From Acidobacteriota bacterium (lineage in GTDB: Bacteria > Acidobacteriota > UBA890 > WLXD01), in assembly GCA_963666055.2 (NCBI GenBank), contig CAXWPH010000014.1, forward strand, positions 64,001 through 128,000: a stretch of DNA of 64,000 nt. Reading direction: 5' to 3'. The notes beneath the pieces are model-generated. The model was not told the DNA's origin. It made no database searches and worked only from the letters and a program-made list of their open reading frames with translations. Both the position numbers and the translations under genes were made by a program. Shown piece after piece: positions 58,974 to 64,000 of this stretch. Every line of letters begins with the position of its first letter. Within the stretch, counting starts at the first letter, position 1.

Positions 58974-61097
58974 TCAGAGACTGGGAGCAATCTCCTTGAG
59001 ATCGTACGCCTCGAGCACGTCACCGATCTTGACATCGTTGAAGTTCTCCAGCGCGATGCCACACTCGAAGCCTTGTTGCACTTCGCGCACATCTTCCTTG
59101 AACCGACGCAGGGAACTGACCTTGCCGTCGTAGATGATGCGTGAATCGCGTACCAGACGAGCCCGCGCACCGCGGGAGAACTTGCCGTCGGTTACGTAGC
59201 AACCCGCCACGACGCCGGCGCGCGGCACCCGGAACGTATCGCGTACTTCCGCAGAGCCCATCGTACGTTCTTCGAACGTCGGGTCCAGCTTGCCAACCAT
59301 TGCCGCCCGCACCTCGTCGATAAGCCGGTAGATAACGGTATGCAGCCGCAGATCGACACGCTCGCGCGTCGCTGCGTCGGCCACCCCACGCTCCGGCCGT
59401 ACGTTGAAGCCCACGATGATGGCGTCGGACGCCGACGCCAGCAGCACGTCCGTCTCGGTCACGCCACCAACAGCGGCGAGCATGATCTCCACCTGCACCG
59501 AGTCGCCCGAGAGCTGGGTCAAGGCATCGCTGAGCGTCTGCACGGACCCCTTCGTGTCAGCCCTCAGTACCACCCGGAGCTTTACCTGCTCACCCTCGAG
59601 GATCCGAGCGTGAAGGTCTTCAAGCGTCAACCGCGAGCCGGCGGCGAGGTTGACAGCGCGCGCCTTGAACTGGCGCAATTCAGCAACCTTCCGAGCCACT
59701 GAAGCCTCTTCGACCACCTGGAAGCTATCGCCAGCTCCCGGCACGCCGGAAAAACCGAGCACCTCCACAGCGGTCGCCGGAGGCGCGTCCTTCGTCTGTT
59801 GGCCGCGCGCATCGATCATCGCACGCACCTTGGCGCTCTCGGTGCCAGCGACGAGGGAATCGCCTACGCGCAAGGTACCTTCCTGAACCAGCAAGGTGGC
59901 CAAGGCGCCCCGCTGGCGATCGAGCTGAGCCTCGATCACGGTGCCGCGAGCCGAGATCTTCGGGTTCGCTCTCAGCTCGAGCAGCTCCGACGACAGGATG
60001 ATCATCTCCAACAGTTCGTCGAGATTCTCCTTGGTCTTGGCGGACACTGAGACGCACACCGTGTCCCCACCCCAATCCTCGGGCGTCAGCTGGTGCTCGC
60101 TGAGCTGCCGCTTGACACGGTCGACGTCGGCTTGTGGCAGATCGATCTTGTTGATGGCCACGAGAATCGGCACGTCCGCCGCGCGCGCGTGTTCGATAGC
60201 CTCAACGGTCTGCGGCATGATGCCGTCGTCGGCGGCCACCACCAGCACCACGATGTCGGTGATCTGCGCTCCGCGAGCGCGCATACGTGTGAACGCCTGG
60301 TGGCCAGGCGTGTCGATGAGCACAATGCGATTGCCCTTCCAGTCGACTTCGGATGCGCCGATATGCTGCGTGATCCCGCCCGCTTCCCGTGCCACGACGT
60401 TGGTTTCGCGAATCGAATCCAGTAGCTGCGTCTTGCCGTGGTCTACGTGGCCCATGACCGTCACCACAGGAGCCCGCGGCGCCAAATCTGCCTCGTCGCC
60501 GGCGTCCGGCTCGCCGAGCAGTCGCTCGTCGGCGGTAACAACTTTGAGCCTTACGCCGTGCTCTGCGGCGATCGCTATCGCCGCCTCGGCGTCGAGCGAC
60601 TGAGTGAGGTTGGCCATGATGCCCTTGGCCATGAGCTCGGTGATGATGTTCGTGGGACTGATTCCGGCCGCTTCCGCGAGCTCGCGGACGGTAACCCCTT
60701 CTTCGACCTCGACTGGTTCCGAGTCGAGCGTCTGTGCAGCCGTCCCCTCCGCCTCGGTCACGTCGACGCCGGACTCTGGCTCGACGACAACGTCGGCCTT
60801 GGCTTCGACCTCCGGTACGGTGTCGGCCGGCTCAGGCTTCGCCTCGATGTCTGCCGACGGCTCGGGCTTGGCCTTGGGCTCCGCCGTGGCCTTGGGCTTC
60901 GCTTTGGCCTGGGCTTTGGATTTGGGTTTGGCGTCGGCCGTGTCGGCCTGGCCGGCGAGCAGCTCGCGAAGCCGGCCAGCGTCGGCATCTGAAATGGCGT
61001 TGGCGTGCGATTTCACCGCCACGCCAAGGTCGTTGAGGCGCTCGATGGCAACCTTGCTCGCGATGTCGAGCTCCTTGGCGATCTCGTGTACCCGCAT
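58974..61097 (-). CDS. infB: Translation initiation factor IF-2
   Basis: RVHEIAKEL, MGHVDHGKT, EAGGITQHIGA, DTPGH, NKID, SLRRFKEDV. Confidence 0.98.
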   Translation of the reverse strand: MRVHEIAKELDIASKVAIERLNDLGVAVKSHANAISDADAGRLRELLAGQADTADAKPKSKAQAKAKPKATAEPKAKPEPSADIEAKPEPADTVPEVEAKADVVVEPESGVDVTEAEGTAAQTLDSEPVEVEEGVTVRELAEAAGISPTNIITELMAKGIMANLTQSLDAEAAIAIAAEHGVRLKVVTADERLLGEPDAGDEADLAPRAPVVTVMGHVDHGKTQLLDSIRETNVVAREAGGITQHIGASEVDWKGNRIVLIDTPGHQAFTRMRARGAQITDIVVLVVAADDGIMPQTVEAIEHARAADVPILVAINKIDLPQADVDRVKRQLSEHQLTPEDWGGDTVCVSVSAKTKENLDELLEMIILSSELLELRANPKISARGTVIEAQLDRQRGALATLLVQEGTLRVGDSLVAGTESAKVRAMIDARGQQTKDAPPATAVEVLGFSGVPGAGDSFQVVEEASVARKVAELRQFKARAVNLAAGSRLTLEDLHARILEGEQVKLRVVLRADTKGSVQTLSDALTQLSGDSVQVEIMLAAVGGVTETDVLLASASDAIIVGFNVRPERGVADAATRERVDLRLHTVIYRLIDEVRAAMVGKLDPTFEERTMGSAEVRDTFRVPRAGVVAGCYVTDGKFSRGARARLVRDSRIIYDGKVSSLRRFKEDVREVQQGFECGIALENFNDVKIGDVLEAYDLKEIAPSL

Positions 61098-61192
61098 CGG
61101 ATCTCTCTGTCTCTTGGCTCTGAACGTCGTTGCGTGTGGGTGCTTGACTACGTGTGGGTTCTGCTAGGGGTGCCGACCACGGCGAGCAGCAT

Positions 61193-62578
61193 CTAGGCGG
61201 GCTCCGCCTCCGGCGCCGTTGCGTTTGGACCGGTCTCCGGCTCGGGTTTGACTTCCTGCTCGGGCACCGCCGGGTCGACGATCCCAGAGGTCGAGGCGGC
61301 CTGCTGGATCTTCGCCGCAGATTTCGGCCCCAACCCGTCGATGGCGACCAACGCTTCTATGTCCGCCTCGACGATATCCGCGGCGCTGGTGAATCCTGCC
61401 GCAAACAGCGTCGCGGCAGCCTTCGGTCCGATACCGGGTATGTGCCGCAACGCCTCCACCGATGAAGCCTCTGAACCCGCCGGATCGCCCCCGGCGTCGG
61501 TCGGCTTGGCCGCCGGCGGCGCCAGCTCCTGCCGCTTCTGCTCGTGGCTCTTCACGTCGATCTTACGGCCAAGGAGCTTTCCGGCGAGGCGCACGTTCTG
61601 TCCTCGCTTGCCGATCGCCAGCGACAGTTGGTCCTCGTCGACGATGACTTCGAGATGGTGCTCCTCTCGGCCGTAATCGTCGACCACCAGCAGCTCACCC
61701 ACTCGGCTGACACGCGCCGGCTTGAGCGAATTGATGGCGTACTGATCCGGATCCTCGGCCCACTCTACGATGTCGATCTTCTCGCCTCGCAGCTCGCGAA
61801 TGATCGCCTGCACGCGCGAGCCGCGCATGCCAACACACGCCCCCACAGGATCGATATCGGCATCCTTGGAGTAGACGGCAACCTTGGCACGATCGCCGCC
61901 CTCTCGTACGGCTCCCTTGATCACCACCGTGCCGTCGTAGATCTCAGGCACCTCCATCTCGAAAAGGCGCCGCAAGAGGTCTGGGCTACTGCGTGAGACG
62001 ACGATCTGCGGCCCTCGAACAACGCGCAGCACTTCGACGATTACGACGCGGATTCGATCGCTAATGTTGTAATGCTCGGCACGCGACTGCTCTCGCCGGG
62101 GCAGCAGCGCCTCGGCGCGCCCCAGATCGACAATCATGTCGCCACGCTCGAAGCGCTTGACGGTTCCAGTGAGCAACTCGCCGATCCGATCGCTGTACTC
62201 AGCGTGAATGTTGTCGCGCTCGGCGTCGCGGACCTTTTGATAGAGAACTTGCTTGGCGGCCTGCGCCGCAATTCGGCCGAGCTGGTCGGTGGCCATCGAG
62301 GTGCGCATCTGCGCGCCTATCTGCGGATCTTCCATGCCTTCCTGGCGCGCGTCCTCGACGGTGATCTCCGAGTACGGATCTTCCACCTCCTCGACCACGG
62401 TCTTGACGGCGTGTAGCTCGACCACCCCGGTCTCAGGGTTCAGCTCCGCCTCGAGGTAATCCTCGGTGTGGTAGAACTTCTGCGCCGCTACCGCCATCGC
62501 CTCTTCGATCGCCGCCACGATGATCTTGGGCTCGATGTTCTTCTCTCGACCAATCTGCTCGATCGTTTGGAGCAGCAT
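61193..62578 (-). CDS. nusA: Transcription termination factor NusA
   Basis: GRIAAQAAKQ, EVPEI, DPVGACVG, SLAIGKRGQNVRLA, C-terminal HhH. Confidence 0.97.
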   Translation of the reverse strand: MLLQTIEQIGREKNIEPKIIVAAIEEAMAVAAQKFYHTEDYLEAELNPETGVVELHAVKTVVEEVEDPYSEITVEDARQEGMEDPQIGAQMRTSMATDQLGRIAAQAAKQVLYQKVRDAERDNIHAEYSDRIGELLTGTVKRFERGDMIVDLGRAEALLPRREQSRAEHYNISDRIRVVIVEVLRVVRGPQIVVSRSSPDLLRRLFEMEVPEIYDGTVVIKGAVREGGDRAKVAVYSKDADIDPVGACVGMRGSRVQAIIRELRGEKIDIVEWAEDPDQYAINSLKPARVSRVGELLVVDDYGREEHHLEVIVDEDQLSLAIGKRGQNVRLAGKLLGRKIDVKSHEQKRQELAPPAAKPTDAGGDPAGSEASSVEALRHIPGIGPKAAATLFAAGFTSAADIVEADIEALVAIDGLGPKSAAKIQQAASTSGIVDPAVPEQEVKPEPETGPNATAPEAEPA

Positions 62579-62600
62579 CTATGCGCTCTCCTCGCCCAAC

Positions 62601-63107
62601 TCAGATCTCGACTTCCAGGCACGCCTCAGTCACCCGCTTCAGCGGTATCTCGAGTCGTCCCGTGGCGTCATCGTCGAGCAGAATAGTGCCGTGTTGCAGG
62701 CCACGCAGAAGGCCCTGATGCAAACGTTCACCGTCCGGTCCCCGAGCCAGGATTCGCACCCTGTGCCCGGCGTATCGTCGAAAATCTGCCGCAACGAGCA
62801 ACACCCGATCGAGCCCCGGCGAAGACACCTCCAGACGGTAGGCACCGGGCAATAGATCCTCGACGTCCAGAATGGCCGACAGCTGGCGGCTGACGCGGGC
62901 GCAGTGGTCCACGTTGACACCACTCTCGCGATCAATCACCACGCGCAATAACCAACCGTCGCCCTCGAACAAATGTCGAAGGTCGACCAGGGTGCATCCC
63001 TCGCGCCGGGCAACGCGCTCCGCATGCGGCCGGAGCCGCTCAGCGACGCCGCCGGAAGCCACTTCCCCGGATGGGCTCTGGCTCGATGGTGCGTCGCTCA
63101 GCTCCAT
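62601..63107 (-). CDS. rimP: Ribosome maturation factor RimP
   Basis: LRVVID, YRLEVSSPGLDR; upstream of nusA. Confidence 0.94.
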   Translation of the reverse strand: MELSDAPSSQSPSGEVASGGVAERLRPHAERVARREGCTLVDLRHLFEGDGWLLRVVIDRESGVNVDHCARVSRQLSAILDVEDLLPGAYRLEVSSPGLDRVLLVAADFRRYAGHRVRILARGPDGERLHQGLLRGLQHGTILLDDDATGRLEIPLKRVTEACLEVEI

Positions 63108-63143
63108 TTTCTGGCTCGCATGCGTTGCCAAAAAACCCCCTAA

Positions 63144-63175
63144 CAAAAAAAGGGCGGGCGCTGGGGCCCACCTCT
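63144..63175 (-). terminator. rimP-leader attenuator hairpin
   Basis: Minus strand GGTGGGC-CCCAGC-GCCCGCC then C and T7, between promoter and rimP; matches the conserved GGGC..GCCC rimP leader. Confidence 0.8.
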
Positions 63176-63197
63176 CCGAGGTACCCGAATTAGTAAG

Positions 63198-63226
63198 ACC
63201 CTAACAAAAATGGTGCGTGCCTTCAA
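63198..63226 (-). promoter_or_regulatory. rimP-nusA-infB promoter
   Basis: Minus strand TTGAAG, 17 bp, TAGGGT with extended TG. Confidence 0.6.
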
Positions 63227-63368
63227 CGAGCACGACCTCGGCGCAGCGCACCGGAGCGAGCCGAATCCAGCGACCTGTTAGTGTCCCTGACGGGATTTCG
63301 TCCGTCTCGTTGCCGTGGCAGCTGATGGCCCGGAGGCACCGAGAAGGACTCCAGTTCGAGGCTCAGCG

Positions 63369-64000
63369 ATGCCGCCGCAGTCCCTCCTTCGCGATCTGAC
63401 CTGCAGCCGGTGCGCTTTGTCGCACGAAGCGGATCGGCTCCAGAGGTTCTGTACGAGCTGCAGCGGTCCCCTGTATCCGCGCTACGAGCTCGACGCCACC
63501 CGAGTGGCCTGGAACAACGCGACACTGGGACGACGGCCCTGGGACCTATGGCGGTACGCTGAGCTCTTGCCCGTGCGGGCAGCCGAACACCGCCTGAGCC
63601 TAGGCGAGGGTGGCACCCCACTGTTGTCGGCGGCGCGACTCGGCGAACAACTCGGCCTACATCGTCTGTTGCTGAAGGACGAGGGCGTCAACCCGACCGG
63701 TTCCTTCAAGGCCCGTGGTCTATGCATCGCCGTGAGTCGCGCACGCGAGCTCGGTGCCCGGACGCTGTCGATCCCCACAGCGGGCAACGCGGGCAGCGCC
63801 CTGGCCGCCTACTGCGCCCGCGGCGGACTGAAAGCGATTATCTACATGCCTGTCGACACACCGCGAGAATTCGTCGTTGAGTGCCGCGATCTCGGAGCGC
63901 AGGTGGTGACGGTCGAAGGCACCATTGCCGATGCTGGTGCGCGGATGGCAGCCGACGCGGCGGACGACTGGTTCCCGGTAAGCACTTTGCAGGAGCCCTA
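63369..64000 (+). CDS. thrC: Threonine synthase (runs off window edge)
   Basis: Manual translation MPPQSLLRDLTCSRC..CTSC..LWRY..SLGEGGTPL..NPTGSFKARG..TAGNAG; GAGG RBS. Confidence 0.88.
   Translation, partial: MPPQSLLRDLTCSRCALSHEADRLQRFCTSCSGPLYPRYELDATRVAWNNATLGRRPWDLWRYAELLPVRAAEHRLSLGEGGTPLLSAARLGEQLGLHRLLLKDEGVNPTGSFKARGLCIAVSRARELGARTLSIPTAGNAGSALAAYCARGGLKAIIYMPVDTPREFVVECRDLGAQVVTVEGTIADAGARMAADAADDWFPVSTLQEP

Noticed and set aside
61098-61192. Small gene (YlxR-like) between nusA and infB
   Set aside because: Only 95 bp, with no suitable ORF
63227-63368. Riboswitch or leader peptide upstream of thrC
   Set aside because: Only a small GACGG/CCGTC hairpin; no recognisable aptamer or Thr-rich leader ORF

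Overview
High-GC bacterial chromosome segment that is almost entirely housekeeping. Gene content and order (rplM-rpsI-rpsB-tsf-pyrH-frr, S55 peptidase plus beta-propeller pair) suggest Acidobacteriota, but this is inference only. Contents: divergent pyrK-pyrD and pyrR-pyrB-pyrC-pyrE with a PyrR attenuator; valS-birA-hisS-aspS-phoH-7TM-HD-ybeY-CBS/CorC-era-mgtE-recO-mutL; rsmA-uppP-ftsK; an S55 peptidase/beta-propeller/RsbW-like trio; argS; ffh-rpsP-khpA-rimM-trmD-rplS-rnhB; ftsY-ribD-ribE-ribBA; a lipid and peptidoglycan-recycling run; the rimP-nusA-infB to pnp to frr translation cluster; and a partial thrC. No tRNA, rRNA, CRISPR or transposase was seen. The main unexplained feature is a 273-274 bp repeat present as four full copies and one truncated copy. 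It has 31-bp terminal inverted repeats, sits at YTAR sites (three times exactly at TAG stop codons), and has the same orientation in every copy. It is built as a symmetric dimer of two 105-nt hairpin modules with an ERIC-like core, covarying arms and an internal Shine-Dalgarno plus 66-codon ORF. The second highlight is a circularly permuted SpoIVB-family protease in an uncharacterised three-gene module. Many start codons were trimmed by eye from the supplied ORFs and are approximate.
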